NCBI RefSeq assembly: GCF_016026235.1
Contig: NZ_CP065613.1
DNA from: Escherichia coli
GTDB taxonomy: Bacteria; Pseudomonadota; Gammaproteobacteria; Enterobacterales; Enterobacteriaceae
Reading direction: 5' to 3' (one strand)
DNA: 64,000 nt
Shown here: positions 28,331 through 40,466 of the stretch, piece after piece
How positions within the stretch are numbered: position 1 is the stretch's first letter
Layout of the letters: each line of letters starts with the position of its first letter
Translations under genes and position numbers: made by a program
The notes under the pieces: generated by a model
What the model saw: only the letters and a program-made list of their open reading frames with translations
Told to the model about the DNA's origin: nothing
Database searches by the model: none

Positions 28331-28699
28331 ACCCGCGCTGTTCTTATGTTCCGGGCAAAAAGTTAGATTTGATAATCGAGGATGGACGAAATTGCTTGAT
28401 ACACCCGCTTATCAGTTTTACATGGAAGTTTTGATGTATTGAGTCAGGACGGTTTTGTCGGCTGGATACGGCGTTTACGCGGCATCCGGCAAGAACACAT
28501 GGCTCGTTGTAAACAATCCCATCTTTGTACCTGGAATAATCGTTTATATCCCCTGGCATTACCTCTCTTTGTTTACATTTCAACATCATTTTATAAACAT
28601 TCCGCTTGTATTTTTCTTTACCGTAATGATAATCGCTATCACTGCGATTTACTTTTCTTTGCATAGATTGACTCAGAAAAACGTTTAAGGGTGGGTGGC

Positions 28700-29530
28700 A
28701 TGTTTGTTCCGTTTCTCATTATGTTGCGCGAAGGACTTGAAGCCGCGCTGATTGTCAGTTTGATTGCCAGCTATCTTAAGCGTACCCAGCGAGGCCGATG
28801 GATTGGTGTGATGTGGATTGGCGTGTTGCTTGCCGCTGCGTTGTGCCTGGGCTTGGGGATCTTCATTAACGAAACCACCGGCGAATTTCCGCAAAAAGAG
28901 CAGGAACTGTTTGAAGGTATCGTGGCGGTGATCGCCGTGGTGATCCTTACCTGGATGGTTTTCTGGATGCGCAAAGTGTCGCGCAACGTCAAAGTACAAC
29001 TGGAGCAGGCAGTCGATAGCGCATTGCAGCGTGGAAATCATCATGGCTGGGCGCTGGTGATGATGGTCTTTTTTGCCGTTGCAAGGGAAGGGCTGGAGTC
29101 GGTCTTTTTCCTGCTGGCGGCATTTCAACAAGATGTCGGGATCTGGCCGCCGCTGGGTGCAATGCTCGGTCTTGCTACTGCCGTGGTGCTAGGCTTCCTG
29201 CTCTACTGGGGCGGTATTCGCCTCAATCTTGGTGCATTTTTTAAATGGACCAGCCTGTTTATTCTCTTCGTCGCCGCAGGGCTGGCGGCTGGTGCCATTC
29301 GCGCATTTCATGAAGCCGGATTGTGGAACCACTTTCAGGAAATCGCCTTCGATATGAGCGCAGTGCTCTCAACTCACTCGCTGTTTGGCACGCTGATGGA
29401 AGGGATTTTTGGCTATCAGGACGCACCGAGCGTCAGCGAAGTCGCCGTCTGGTTTATTTATCTCATCCCGGCGCTGGTGGCATTTGCTCTGCCACCACGC
29501 GCAGGGGCGACAGCGTCTCGCTCCGCGTAA
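28700..29530 (+). CDS. efeU: ferrous iron permease EfeU (FTR1 family), intact 276 aa
   Basis: ORF track 28691..29530; MFVPFLIMLREGLEAALIVS start; two REGLE motifs; no frameshift, unlike the K-12 pseudogene. Confidence 0.85.
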   Translation: MFVPFLIMLREGLEAALIVSLIASYLKRTQRGRWIGVMWIGVLLAAALCLGLGIFINETTGEFPQKEQELFEGIVAVIAVVILTWMVFWMRKVSRNVKVQLEQAVDSALQRGNHHGWALVMMVFFAVAREGLESVFFLLAAFQQDVGIWPPLGAMLGLATAVVLGFLLYWGGIRLNLGAFFKWTSLFILFVAAGLAAGAIRAFHEAGLWNHFQEIAFDMSAVLSTHSLFGTLMEGIFGYQDAPSVSEVAVWFIYLIPALVAFALPPRAGATASRSA

Positions 29531-29587
29531 CAAATACGACGCAAACTCTTGCTTAGTTACAACATACTTTAAAGGGATAGTCTCGTC

Positions 29588-30715
29588 ATGACCATTAACT
29601 TCCGCCGTAACGCATTGCAGTTGAGCGTGGCTGCGCTGTTTTCTTCTGCTTTTATGGCTAACGCCGCTGATGTGCCGCAGGTCAAAGTGACCGTGACGGA
29701 TAAGCAGTGCGAACCGATGACCATTACGGTTAACGCCGGGAAAACACAGTTCATTATTCAGAACCATAGCCAGAAGGCGCTGGAGTGGGAGATCCTCAAA
29801 GGCGTGATGGTGGTGGAAGAGCGGGAAAATATCGCCCCTGGTTTTAGCCAGAAAATGACGGCGAATTTACAGCCTGGCGAATACGATATGACCTGCGGTC
29901 TGCTGACTAACCCGAAAGGGAAGTTGATCGTCAAAGGTGAGGCAACGGCGGATGCGGCGCAAAGTGATGCGCTGTTAAGTCTTGGTGGTGCAATTACTGC
30001 ATATAAAGCGTATGTCATGGCGGAAACCACGCAGCTGGTGACCGACACCAAAGCCTTTACCGACGCGATTAAAGCTGGCGATATCGAAAAAGCGAAAGCA
30101 CTGTATGCGCCGACGCGCCAGCACTATGAGCGCATTGAACCGATTGCTGAACTGTTCTCCGATCTGGATGGCAGCATTGACGCCCGTGAAGATGATTATG
30201 AGCAAAAAGCCGCCGACCCAAAATTCACTGGTTTCCACCGTCTGGAAAAAGCATTGTTTGGCGACAACACCACCAAAGGGATGGATCAGTACGCTGAGCA
30301 GCTTTATACAGATGTGGTCGATTTGCAAAAACGCATCAGTGAACTGGCTTTCCCACCTTCAAAAGTGGTCGGCGGCGCAGCCGGACTGATTGAGGAAGTG
30401 GCAGCCAGCAAAATTAGCGGTGAAGAAGATCGCTACAGCCACACCGATCTGTGGGATTTCCAGGCTAACGTTGAAGGCTCGCAGAAAATTGTCGATTTGC
30501 TGCGTCCACAACTGCAAAAAGCCAACCCGGAACTGCTGGCAAAAGTCGATGCCAACTTTAAAAAGGTCGATACCATTCTGGCGAAATACCGTACTAAAGA
30601 CGGTTTTGAAACCTACGACAAATTGACCGATGCCGACCGGAATGCACTGAAAGGACCGATTACTGCGCTGGCGGAAGATCTGGCGCAACTTCGCGGTGTG
30701 CTGGGACTGGATTAA
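29588..30715 (+). CDS. efeO: periplasmic iron-uptake protein EfeO (cupredoxin-M75)
   Basis: 375-aa ORF with signal peptide. Confidence 0.9.
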   Translation: MTINFRRNALQLSVAALFSSAFMANAADVPQVKVTVTDKQCEPMTITVNAGKTQFIIQNHSQKALEWEILKGVMVVEERENIAPGFSQKMTANLQPGEYDMTCGLLTNPKGKLIVKGEATADAAQSDALLSLGGAITAYKAYVMAETTQLVTDTKAFTDAIKAGDIEKAKALYAPTRQHYERIEPIAELFSDLDGSIDAREDDYEQKAADPKFTGFHRLEKALFGDNTTKGMDQYAEQLYTDVVDLQKRISELAFPPSKVVGGAAGLIEEVAASKISGEEDRYSHTDLWDFQANVEGSQKIVDLLRPQLQKANPELLAKVDANFKKVDTILAKYRTKDGFETYDKLTDADRNALKGPITALAEDLAQLRGVLGLD

Positions 30716-30720
30716 GCGTT

Positions 30721-31992
30721 ATGCAGTATAAAGATGAAAACGGCGTGAATGAACCGTCACGCCGACGTTTACTGAAAGTGATAGGTGCACTGGCGCTGGC
30801 GGGAAGTTGTCCGGTCGCTCATGCACAAAAAACGCAAAGTGCGCCGGGTACGCTTTCACCGGATGCACGCAATGAGAAACAGCCGTTTTATGGTGAGCAT
30901 CAGGCAGGGATCCTGACGCCACAACAGGCCGCAATGATGCTGGTGGCGTTTGATGTGCTTGCCAGCGATAAAGCCGATCTTGAGCGGTTGTTTCGCTTGT
31001 TGACTCAGCGTTTTGCTTTTCTGACTCAGGGCGGAGCAGCACCAGAAACGCCAAATCCGCGCCTGCCACCACTCGATTCCGGCATTCTTGGCGGCTACAT
31101 TGCGCCCGATAATCTCACCATCACGTTATCGGTGGGTCACTCATTGTTTGATGAGCGCTTTGACCTTGCGCCACAGATGCCAAAAAAGCTGCAGAAGATG
31201 ACGCGTTTCCCCAACGACTCGCTGGATGCGGCGTTATGTCATGGTGATGTGTTGCTACAGATTTGCGCCAACACCCAGGACACGGTGATCCATGCGCTGC
31301 GCGATATCATCAAACACACGCCGGATTTGCTCAGTGTGCGCTGGAAGCGGGAAGGGTTTATTTCCGATCACGCGGCGCGTAGTAAAGGCAAAGAGACGCC
31401 GATTAATTTGCTGGGTTTCAAAGACGGCACTGCCAATCCCGATAGCCAGAATGATAAGTTGATGCAAAAAGTGGTGTGGGTAACGGCAGATCAGCAGGAG
31501 CCTGCGTGGACAATCGGTGGCAGCTATCAGGCAGTACGCTTGATTCAGTTTCGAGTGGAATTTTGGGACAGAACGCCGCTGAAAGAACAGCAGACGATTT
31601 TTGGCCGTGATAAGCAAACCGGTGCGCCGCTGGGAATGCAGCATGAGCATGATGTGCCTGATTACGCCAGCGACCCGGAAGGGAAGGTGATCGCGCTGGA
31701 CAGCCATATCCGGCTGGCGAATCCCCGCACGGCGGAGAGTGAGTCCAGCCTGATGCTGCGTCGTGGCTACAGTTATTCACTGGGCGTCACCAACTCCGGG
31801 CAACTGGATATGGGGCTACTGTTTGTCTGTTACCAACACGATCTGGAAAAAGGCTTCCTGACAGTACAAAAAAGGCTCAATGGCGAAGCGCTGGAGGAAT
31901 ACGTTAAACCTATCGGCGGCGGTTATTTTTTTGCGCTGCCGGGAGTGAAGGACGCGAACGATTATCTCGGAAGCGCGTTATTGCGGGTTTAA
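30721..31992 (+). CDS. efeB: DyP-type haem peroxidase EfeB with Tat signal
   Basis: 423-aa [20 protein letters not shown] twin-arginine signal. Confidence 0.9.
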   Translation: MQYKDENGVNEPSRRRLLKVIGALALAGSCPVAHAQKTQSAPGTLSPDARNEKQPFYGEHQAGILTPQQAAMMLVAFDVLASDKADLERLFRLLTQRFAFLTQGGAAPETPNPRLPPLDSGILGGYIAPDNLTITLSVGHSLFDERFDLAPQMPKKLQKMTRFPNDSLDAALCHGDVLLQICANTQDTVIHALRDIIKHTPDLLSVRWKREGFISDHAARSKGKETPINLLGFKDGTANPDSQNDKLMQKVVWVTADQQEPAWTIGGSYQAVRLIQFRVEFWDRTPLKEQQTIFGRDKQTGAPLGMQHEHDVPDYASDPEGKVIALDSHIRLANPRTAESESSLMLRRGYSYSLGVTNSGQLDMGLLFVCYQHDLEKGFLTVQKRLNGEALEEYVKPIGGGYFFALPGVKDANDYLGSALLRV

Positions 31993-32000
31993 TGTTTTTA

Positions 32001-32150
32001 GACGGATAAGGCGTTCTTGCGCAGATGCCTGATGCGATGCTTGCGCGTCTTCTTATGCCTACAATCGGCGCGGGTTCGGTAGGCGGATAAGGCGTTCACG
32101 CCGCATACGGCGTTCGTGCGCAGATGCCTGATGCGAATCCTGCTGAAAGC
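32001..32150. repeat. REP/BIME-type repeats downstream of efeB
   Basis: Repeated gacggataaggcgtt...gcagatgcctgatgcga units. Confidence 0.6.
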
Positions 32151-32168
32151 ACACAGCTTTTTTCATAT

Positions 32169-32187
32169 CTGTCATCACTCTGTCATC
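32169..32187 (+). promoter_or_regulatory. Pho box (CTGTCATCACTCTGTCATC) of the phoH promoter
   Basis: Two CTGTCAT direct repeats with 11-bp periodicity upstream of phoH. Confidence 0.7.
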
Positions 32188-32335
32188 TTTCCAGTAGAAA
32201 CTAATGTCACTGAAATGGTGTTTTATAGTTAAATATAAGTAAATATATTGTTGCAATAAATGCGAGATCTGTTGTACTTATTAAGTAGCAGCGTAAGTTC
32301 CCGGCAGTGATAGTCAGTCACTATGGAGATCGCGG

Positions 32336-33400
32336 ATGGTAACGTCCTGTACTGGACATGTTTTAGATAATCAACGCGCCACCACTCGCGGAGTTTTCTC
32401 CTCCGGTAGTCATCTCGTCACTTTGCATTTTCAACCTCATCCTTTCTTTTCATGTGTTACCGACGCCGTAAACGGTGCGCGTAGCCGTTTTTCGGCATTT
32501 TATCCAAAAGCAAACTATGGCTTACAAGGAAGCCAACCCTCTGATGTTCGTGCGCATAATCGCGCTGCCAACGGCGCGTGTGATGAATACAAACAACTCA
32601 AGGTGCTCTCCATGGGAAGACAAAAAGCAGTGATCAAAGCTCGTCGCGAGGCAAAACGTGTGCTGAGACGGGATTCGCGCAGCCATAAGCAGCGTGAAGA
32701 AGAATCGGTCACCTCGCTTGTGCAGATGGGCGGCGTAGAAGCCATTGGTATGGCCCGCGACAGTCACGATACTTCGCCCATCCTCGCGCGAAATGAAGCG
32801 CAATTGCACTATCTGAAGGCTATTGAGAGTAAGCAGCTGATATTCGCCACGGGCGAAGCCGGGTGCGGAAAAACCTGGATCAGCGCAGCAAAAGCGGCAG
32901 AGGCCCTGATACATAAGGATGTCGACAGGATTATCGTCACCCGTCCAGTTCTGCAAGCCGATGAAGATCTTGGCTTCTTACCTGGAGATATCGCAGAAAA
33001 GTTTGCTCCCTATTTTCGCCCGGTCTACGACGTGCTGGTCCGGCGCTTAGGGGCTTCCTTTATGCAGTACTGCCTGCGACCGGAAATAGGGAAGGTGGAA
33101 ATCGCGCCGTTCGCCTATATGCGTGGACGTACCTTTGAAAATGCAGTCGTCATTCTTGACGAGGCGCAGAATGTGACTGCCGCGCAAATGAAAATGTTTT
33201 TAACCCGCCTCGGGGAGAACGTGACGGTTATCGTCAACGGTGATATCACGCAATGCGATTTGCCTCGCGGCGTCTGCTCCGGATTAAGTGACGCGCTGGA
33301 ACGTTTCGAAGAAGATGAAATGGTTGGGATCGTCCGGTTCGGAAAAGAGGATTGCGTACGTTCGGCACTTTGCCAACGTACGCTGCATGCATACAGTTAA
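32336..33400 (+). CDS. phoH: phosphate-starvation-inducible ATPase PhoH
   Basis: 354-aa ORF with Walker A GEAGCGKT and PhoH family signature. Confidence 0.9.
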   Translation: MVTSCTGHVLDNQRATTRGVFSSGSHLVTLHFQPHPFFSCVTDAVNGARSRFSAFYPKANYGLQGSQPSDVRAHNRAANGACDEYKQLKVLSMGRQKAVIKARREAKRVLRRDSRSHKQREEESVTSLVQMGGVEAIGMARDSHDTSPILARNEAQLHYLKAIESKQLIFATGEAGCGKTWISAAKAAEALIHKDVDRIIVTRPVLQADEDLGFLPGDIAEKFAPYFRPVYDVLVRRLGASFMQYCLRPEIGKVEIAPFAYMRGRTFENAVVILDEAQNVTAAQMKMFLTRLGENVTVIVNGDITQCDLPRGVCSGLSDALERFEEDEMVGIVRFGKEDCVRSALCQRTLHAYS

Positions 33401-33449
33401 GTGTATTATCGGTGCAGAGCCCGGGCGAACCGGGCTTTGTTTTGGGTGT

Positions 33450-33863
33450 TTATGCCCGGACTAGCGCTTTTTCTGAAACAACCATTTTTATTTGCCCCTG
33501 GCTGGTGAAGTGTACGCTCATCCTGTGGCTTTTTTGTAGTTGCTGATAGAGCTCATCAGGTATTGCTAAGCTCTCTGCATATTCTTGCGGCGTATATTGG
33601 TAGGCTGCATGATGCTGCTGTTTTTGAAAACGCAGCTTATTGTACAGCGCCCAGACAATTAACACGACGGCATTCGCCACTGCCAGCAAAAAATAGAACT
33701 GAAGTCGGCTTCTGGCCTCGCTTTGCCAGTAATAACCCGTCAGCAGATCCATGGCGAATAAGAATATGAACAAAGCAAATAATGTCCACAAGATGGTTGT
33801 GGCAACATAATCAACCAGTAAACGTACTGGTGATTGTCGGGTCGTAATAATTAAATTGTTCAT
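33450..33863 (-). CDS. pgaD: PGA synthesis protein PgaD
   Basis: 137-aa membrane ORF overlapping the pgaC stop. Confidence 0.9.
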
Positions 33864-33864
33864 A

Positions 33865-35190
33865 TTAACCTCTCAGAATCCCGCGATCAGGACTTACCCA
33901 ACGGGCGCGTTGCTTTTTAGGCATCAACATGACTCGTGTAAATGATACCAATGTCGTTGCCAGGCTCAGCATCCAGAAAATAACCGGGAACCAAATAATC
34001 CAGAAAAGCGATGAAGTCAGATTATGCTCATAGCGATTCTCGATCATCAGGCTGACAATAAATTGCAGTAAACATAACGTACACAATAATATTCCGGCAG
34101 TATGTGTCGCAGCGATATGTGTCAATTCAATATTTAACGGTACACCGGCAAGTTGGACTGCGTAAATAATGAAACCGACCAGGCAGGTGAAGGCCCATAT
34201 TGTCGTCAGGCAGTATTCAAAAAACAGCGGCCACATTCGAAAGTTTTCTTTGCGCCACAACCTTGTCATATTTTTGAGGAATACTTCTGCACCGCCCTGA
34301 GCCCAGCGCAGGCGCTGTTTCCACAGCCCTTTTAACGTTTCAGGCATTAATATCCAGCACAGCGCCCGTGGCTCGTAAAAAATCGTCCACTGATTCAACT
34401 GCAGCTTCCAGCTAATATCAATATCTTCGGTGATCATATCGTCACTCCAGTAACCCACTTCTGCCAGGGCGCTGCGACGAAATGCGGCAATAACACCGGA
34501 AACGGTAAATACGTTTCCATAGATACGCTGGGTTCGCTTGATCAAACCAATAATTGAGGAATACTCGCCAACCTGAATTTTACCCACCAGGGTAGAACGT
34601 GTTCGAATACGAGGATTACCGGTTACGGCACCCACACGCGGGTTGTACAACATCGGTTCCACAATATATGCCGCCGCATCGCGGTCTAATAACGCATCGC
34701 CATCAATGCACACCAGATATTCACTTTTCGCCGCGGCAGCTCCGGTTTTAAGCGCAATGGCTTTCCCCTGGTTTTGCGCCAGATGAATGACCCGCAAATG
34801 GGGAATTTGTGCAGCCATGCGATCCAGGATGGCACGGGTTTTATCTGTTGAACCGTCATTTACGGCAATAACTTCAATGTTCTCATAACGCTGTGCTAAA
34901 GCGGCGTGTATGGTTTCCTCAACGTTTTTCTCCTCATTAAAACAGGGAATGATAATGGAGATAGACGGATTATCTTTCAACTGGGGAGCTGGTGCGTTTT
35001 CTCCCCACGGCCAGTGGCGTTCACGATAGACCCAGAAATAGACGCCGCCAACAATCCACATAATGGACATAAAAAACGGCCAGAAGAAAACGAACCTCAT
35101 CATCAGTTCACCAGAGTGAAAGTACGCTACGCATAGGGGTATGCATAACACCAGACATAATATAAAAAACGATACGATGCGATTAATCAT
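33865..35190 (-). CDS. pgaC: poly-beta-1,6-N-acetylglucosamine synthase PgaC (GT2)
   Basis: 441-aa ORF; GT2 motifs [14 protein letters not shown]. Confidence 0.92.
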
Positions 35191-36685
35191 TTTTCGGATA
35201 CCAGGCTGTTGAAAACTCAGGACGAATAACGTCTATTTCAGGTTGGTTATGCAGAAAATTGTCGGGATAATAACCATAGTTTTTCACTCCATTCAGTTGT
35301 AATAGGCTCATCCAGTGAGCGAGTTGTTGCGAAGAAATAGCCTGATGCTGACCATTTTTCTGCCAGTTTTGTGCCTGTAATTCTAAAATAGATTTGTCTT
35401 TAGCCTGAGGGATGCTTTTAATCTGATTGGTCAGTTGTATTAACCATTGATCAGCCGATTTTTCTGCGACACCTTCCATATAAGGCATAGCCATAATAGC
35501 GGTCCAGTCATAGCTTTTTAGGAAATCAGCATAATTCTGTGCAAACCAGGCTTCACTTTCAGGTTGTGTTACCGGAAGTGCAAAAATATTTCGTGCAGTT
35601 TTAACATGTGGACCACGAATGGCTTTTACGCGCGCACTAAGTTCTAAAGTGAAGTCAGTTAACGCACGACTTTTAAAGCGGGTCCACTGTTTAAATTGCT
35701 CCGGGTTTTGTCGAATTTCGCTCAGACTCCCGCTAAAGCCTGCTTGCTGATAAGCCGCGATAGCCGGTGCACTGGCATCTTCATAATCTGAAAGCAAAGC
35801 ATCATCGTGGAACAATAGGCCATCAAAAGCAGCATGTCCGGCAAGATCTTCATATAACATGCCAACTTGTGCTCTGACCCTGTCATCAAAAGGCGAGAGA
35901 CGGCGATATTGTTCAGGATGAATTTGTGCTTTTTTCTCCCCAGTTGGTAAGTATTTTACTCGCGTTAATGTGGGATCTAAATCCCAGCTTAATACCGGCA
36001 TCCACGCATAGATGTTTACACCTGAGCGGGTACGTAATTGCCAGGCAACCCGACTAAAAATATCTGCTTTCATTGGTAGCAAACGATTTGGAAACCAGAC
36101 TTCTTTGACCAGCCCATCACCATCGGGATCAGCAAATGCCTGCAAATACACGGTTGATATTTGCATATCTTTCACCCGCTGAATTAGCACATCAATATTG
36201 CGATCCATTTGCTGGCGGTTTTCGTCATAAACGTAATCAAGATCGATATGCATTATCCGTTGTGGTGATTTTTCCTGTACGGTAATAATTTTCTGGGCAA
36301 ACTCTTTTAATGAGGGATTATTGGCGATTAATACTCGCGGAATGGAATCCAATTGCGACGCATTTGCCAAACCTGATTCAAGGGTGAAGAACATGTCATA
36401 ACCGAGTTTTTTTAATTCCTCTATCGCTATGCCATTCGCTTCGCCATAAGGCCAAACAAAAACGTGTGGATTTACCTTAGCCTTTGTACGCAGGTATTCC
36501 GTCATTTTTACAGCATCCAGACGAATTCTTTCCCGGTATTCTGCTGCGGTTTCATACCGTGCGTGGTCAGTAAAATATGCACGATTTACATATACAGGCA
36601 ATAAGCTGCCGGTGGCATTAGCCTGAATACCGTAGTGAGAATTCCATGTATGAGAAGAGACCTCAACGAGCGGGGAACGCGCAAC
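35183..36685 (-). pseudogene. pgaB: pgaB (PGA N-deacetylase), 5'-truncated: only the C-terminal ~470-500 codons remain, abutting the IS3 end
   Basis: ORF 35183..36601 matches the PgaB C-terminal domain. The reading frame continues to the IS3 inverted repeat at 36686. No N-terminal deacetylase domain or pgaA is upstream. Confidence 0.8.
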
Positions 36686-36715
36686 TGATCCTACCCACGT
36701 AATATGGACACAGGC

Positions 36716-37582
36716 CTAAGCGAGGTTCTGGTTTTCAAATTGTTCCGGACTGAGGCCGCCACACCAACTGTGCCGCCGCCACCGATTGTAATCACATTCG
36801 ATATAATTAAACACCGTTGCCCGCATTATTTCCCGGCTGATAAAGTGTTCTCCATGGATACATTCCACTTTCAGCGAATGAAAGAAGCTTTCCACGCAGG
36901 CATTATCGTAGCAGCAACCTTTTGCGCTCATACTTCCACGCAGATTATGCCGCTTCAGTTGCGCCTGATAATCTGCTGAACAGTACTGGCCTCCACGGTC
37001 CGTGTGAACGATAACGTTCCGGGGCCTCTTACGCCGCCACAGCGCCATCTGCAGGGCATCGCAGGCCAGTTGCGCCGTCATGCGTGGCGACATTGACCAG
37101 CCAATAACGGCACGTGACCACAGGTCAATGACCACTGCCAGATACAGCCAGCCTTCATCTGTACGTAAGTACGTGATGTCTCCTGCCCACTTCTGGTTCG
37201 GGCCACTGGCGTAAAAATCCTGCTCCAACAGATTTTCTGACACAGGCAGGCCGTGTGCGCGGTAGCTGACCGGGCTGAACTTCCGGGAGGCCTTTGCCCT
37301 CAGTCCCTGACGGCGCAGGCTTGCCGCCACGGTTTTTACGTTAAAGGGGTAACCCTGAGCACGCAGTTCATCCGTCAGGCGTGGGGCACCGTAACGCTGT
37401 TTTGACCGGGTAAAAGCCGCGAGGACAACGCTGTCGCAGTGTTGGCGGAACTGCTGACGCGTGCTTATCCTTGTCCGCCGCTGACACCACGTATACCAGC
37501 CGCTGCGGGCCACCCGGAGCACGCGGCACATTGCTTTGATGCTGAACTCAGCCTGATGTTTTTCAATAAAGACATACTTCAT
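36716..37582 (-). CDS. insF: IS3 transposase OrfB (InsF, DDE integrase core)
   Basis: 288-aa [11 protein letters not shown]...[12 protein letters not shown] motifs. Confidence 0.92.
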   Translation of the reverse strand: MKYVFIEKHQAEFSIKAMCRVLRVARSGWYTWCQRRTRISTRQQFRQHCDSVVLAAFTRSKQRYGAPRLTDELRAQGYPFNVKTVAASLRRQGLRAKASRKFSPVSYRAHGLPVSENLLEQDFYASGPNQKWAGDITYLRTDEGWLYLAVVIDLWSRAVIGWSMSPRMTAQLACDALQMALWRRKRPRNVIVHTDRGGQYCSADYQAQLKRHNLRGSMSAKGCCYDNACVESFFHSLKVECIHGEHFISREIMRATVFNYIECDYNRWRRHSWCGGLSPEQFENQNLA

Positions 37583-37887
37583 TTCAGGCGCTTCGCGAAG
37601 TATGTCGCGGCCTTTTGGAGGATAGCCAGCTCTTCATCCCGTTCTGCCAGCTGGCGTTTGAGACGTGCAATCTCGGTAGACATCTCCAGTTCACGTTCAG
37701 AAGACGTCTGCTGATTTTGCTGTTTACTGCGCCAGTTGTAGAGCTGTGATTCATACAGGCTGAGTTCACGGGCTGCGGCAGTAACACCGATGCGTTCAGC
37801 AAGCTTCAGGGCTTCACTGCGAAATTCAGGCGAATGCTGTTTACGGGGTTTTTTACTGGTTGATACTGTTTTTGTCATGTGAGTCAC
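37579..37887 (-). CDS. insE: IS3 OrfA (InsE, HTH)
   Basis: 102-aa [25 protein letters not shown]; overlaps orfB in the -1 frame. Confidence 0.92.
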   Translation of the reverse strand: MTHMTKTVSTSKKPRKQHSPEFRSEALKLAERIGVTAAARELSLYESQLYNWRSKQQNQQTSSERELEMSTEIARLKRQLAERDEELAILQKAATYFAKRLK

Positions 37888-38050
37888 CTCTGACTGAGAG
37901 TTTACTCACTTAGCCGCGTGTCCACTATTGCTGGGTAAGATCAATAAGTAATAAGCCCTATTTGGGGAATATGTTAAATGATTTTGCTGGCGTGGATCAG
38001 CAACGAGTTATGCATTGTCGTAAAGCATTTAGTGATGCAAAGGTATTCAA

Positions 38051-39037
38051 ATGATTCCTGATTATTTAACTTTTATTCGCTTTCAGGATAAACGAAATCT
38101 GATATACATTTATGCTATTGGACTTATTCTGATAGGCTTTTATTGGAAGAATGCAGGGTTTACTTTTCCATCAGAGGATATTGGTGTAGTTAGTGGGATT
38201 CTGGCCCTGGTGCTGTATAATTTTATTTTTGATCTCAAGGCGTACTGGGCTTATAAATGCGTCACGAAGAATATCGATTTTTCGTGGTTTAAGAAAAAGC
38301 AGAACCACAAAATAGAATTATTTCTTACACAACCTCTGGTGGCAGGATTTCTGTCGTTAATCATGTTGAGTGCAATGAGTTGGGGGCTATACCAGCTTCT
38401 ACCCTCGTTATATGCGCTGTTCCTGATTTCGTTACTTGGGCCGTTGGTCATCTTTCTGCTGTTTCGGATGATCCGCACCAGTTATGTCAAGCAGGTCGCT
38501 ATTTCAGTAGCGAAAAAAGTAAAATATAAAAGTCTGACTCGCTATGTGCTGCTTTCGGTGTGCATCTCAACGGTTGTTAACCTGCTTACTATCAGCCCGT
38601 TGCGTAACAGTGATTCTTTTGTGACAGAGGGGCAGTGGTTAACGTTTAAATCGATAATTGCATTGCTCATTCTTTGTGGCGTAGTGTTGGCGATTAATCT
38701 GTTTTTTCTGCGCTTCTCCAAGCGGTACGCTTTTCTGGGCAGGCTTTTTTTGCAGGAAATCGATCTGTTTTTCTCCAGTGAAAATGCGTTGTCGACCTTT
38801 TTTGCCAAGCCGCTTTGGCTTCGGTTATTCATATTGCTGGTTATTGAAATGATGTGGATTACGCTGGTGTCGGTATTGGCAACGCTTGTGGAATGGCGGA
38901 TTTGGTTTGAAGCCTATTTTTTACTCTGCTATGTACCGTGCTTAATTTACTATTTTTTCCATTGTCGATTCCTCTGGCATAACGATTTTATGATGGCATG
39001 TGACATGTATTTCCGTTGGGGGCATTTTAATAAGTGA
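38051..39037 (+). CDS. ycdU: inner membrane protein YcdU
   Basis: 328-aa polytopic ORF. Confidence 0.85.
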   Translation: MIPDYLTFIRFQDKRNLIYIYAIGLILIGFYWKNAGFTFPSEDIGVVSGILALVLYNFIFDLKAYWAYKCVTKNIDFSWFKKKQNHKIELFLTQPLVAGFLSLIMLSAMSWGLYQLLPSLYALFLISLLGPLVIFLLFRMIRTSYVKQVAISVAKKVKYKSLTRYVLLSVCISTVVNLLTISPLRNSDSFVTEGQWLTFKSIIALLILCGVVLAINLFFLRFSKRYAFLGRLFLQEIDLFFSSENALSTFFAKPLWLRLFILLVIEMMWITLVSVLATLVEWRIWFEAYFLLCYVPCLIYYFFHCRFLWHNDFMMACDMYFRWGHFNK

Positions 39038-39172
39038 GGAAGTTACAGGAAGTGACCAGATAACGCATATATGTTCTCTACTATCTTGCGCATTTTGATT
39101 GTTGACTGAGTAACCAGACAGTTGATGTGCACAATTTCCCCTCGCCCTAACAGACGTGGGCGGGGGCACCCG

Positions 39173-39244
39173 GTGTGTGCAATATACGAAAAAAAAGCCC
39201 GTACTTTCGTACGGGCTCTTCTTTAAATATGGCGGTGAGGGGGG
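39173..39244. repeat. 72-bp direct repeat, copy A (displaced copy of the serX 3' acceptor end plus terminator)
   Basis: gtgtgtgcaatatacgaaaaaaaagcccgtactttcgtacgggctcttctttaaatatggcggtgagggggg; identical to 40806-40877 except one g/a mismatch. Confidence 0.85.
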
Positions 39245-39269
39245 TGCCCCTATTAAGTTGTCAAGCATG

Positions 39270-40466
39270 TTATGACCCCTGCGGGGTATAAAAAGTCCCG
39301 TCGCGCATCATGGCGAACAGAACGTCGCAGCGTCGTCTCGCCAGGGCGATAAGCGCCTGATTGTGTCGTTTTCCCTGACTCATTTTGCGGGTGTAGTAAG
39401 CCCTGGAGAGCGGATCCCTGAGCGCGGCGAAGGCCGACAGGAACAACGCCCGTTTGAGAGCTTTATTACCCCGTCGCGAGGGATGCTCACCGCGTATTGA
39501 CGAGCCGGATCGCCGAGTTACCGGCGCAAGGCCAGCATAAGCAGCGAGATGTGCGGCAGAGGCGAAGGCGCGGCAGGCGACCTCGGTGAGGAGTCTGGCT
39601 GCGGTCCTGACACCGACTCCGGGCATACTGGTCAGGACCGGGTAAAGAGGGTGAGCAAGAACTCGCTGTTCTACCTCAAGCGCCACCTCGTCTCTTTGCT
39701 TACGCAGCGTGATGAGCTGGAGTGCCAGACGTGGCAGTACTACGGCAGCGGCATTCGTGCCGGGAACGACGACGGTTTGTTCGGCCAGTGCCTGAGCTAT
39801 GTCTGCTGCAAGGCGTTTACCCAGACGAGGCGCAAGTTTGCAGAGCTGGGCTGCCAGCTTCTTCTCACCCAGCGAAGCGAGTTTTTCTGGTGAGGGATAT
39901 CGCTGGAGAAGATCGAGTACCGCCGGGTGCTCAAGTCTCGGACCGAGAACGCGCTCCAGTGCCGGATGTATCTGGGTCAGAAGGCCGCGGATACGGTTGC
40001 TGGCCTGCGTTGTCTGTGCGGCAAGATCATCATCGAAGCCGCAGAGCATGGAGAGTTCGGCGATTTGCTCGTCAGCCAGTTTCAGCGTGCGTAGCGCGTG
40101 AGGCAGGGTACGGGCAGCTTCGGCAATGATGGCAGCGTCACGAGCATCAGTTTTAGCTTCACCGGCGTGTAAGTCGGCTATGCGGCGCATGGCCAGTCCA
40201 GGGAGGTATCCGACAAGGACTCCTTCTGAGCGGGCAACGGCGACAGGTAACGCACCGATGGTAGCTGGCTGATCAACAACCAGCAGTATCTGACCATGTT
40301 GTTTCAGGTCAGATATTAGCGACCTGAGTTTGTTTTCGTCGTTGGGTAATGCTTTATCGAACAGGCGTTTACCTGAACGATTAATGGCAACAGCGTGATG
40401 CGTATCTTTACCGACATCAACGCCGATAAAGACCTGGACGGATTCGTAATCGCTGGATTCGGTCAT
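39270..40466 (-). CDS. IS110/IS116/IS902-family DEDD transposase (398 aa)
   Basis: N-terminal VFIGVDVGKDTHHAVAI RuvC-like motif and C-terminal PGVGVRTAARLLTEV...YAGLAPVTRRSGSSIRGEHPSRRGNKALKRALF signature of the IS110 family. Confidence 0.9.
   Translation of the reverse strand: MTESSDYESVQVFIGVDVGKDTHHAVAINRSGKRLFDKALPNDENKLRSLISDLKQHGQILLVVDQPATIGALPVAVARSEGVLVGYLPGLAMRRIADLHAGEAKTDARDAAIIAEAARTLPHALRTLKLADEQIAELSMLCGFDDDLAAQTTQASNRIRGLLTQIHPALERVLGPRLEHPAVLDLLQRYPSPEKLASLGEKKLAAQLCKLAPRLGKRLAADIAQALAEQTVVVPGTNAAAVVLPRLALQLITLRKQRDEVALEVEQRVLAHPLYPVLTSMPGVGVRTAARLLTEVACRAFASAAHLAAYAGLAPVTRRSGSSIRGEHPSRRGNKALKRALFLSAFAALRDPLSRAYYTRKMSQGKRHNQALIALARRRCDVLFAMMRDGTFYTPQGS

Larger units (their letters stand above)
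36686..37943 (-). mobile_element. IS3, complete 1258-bp copy, minus orientation
   Basis: Terminal IRs TGATCCTACCCACGTAATATGGACACAGG (36686) and the rc TGATCTTACCCAGCAATAGTGGACACGCGGCTAAG (ending 37943); internal orfA/orfB. Confidence 0.93.

Noticed and set aside
28344-28688. Three overlapping small ORFs in the putP-efeU intergenic region.
   Set aside because: Mutually overlapping on both strands within a repeat-rich leader; no RBS or domain support.
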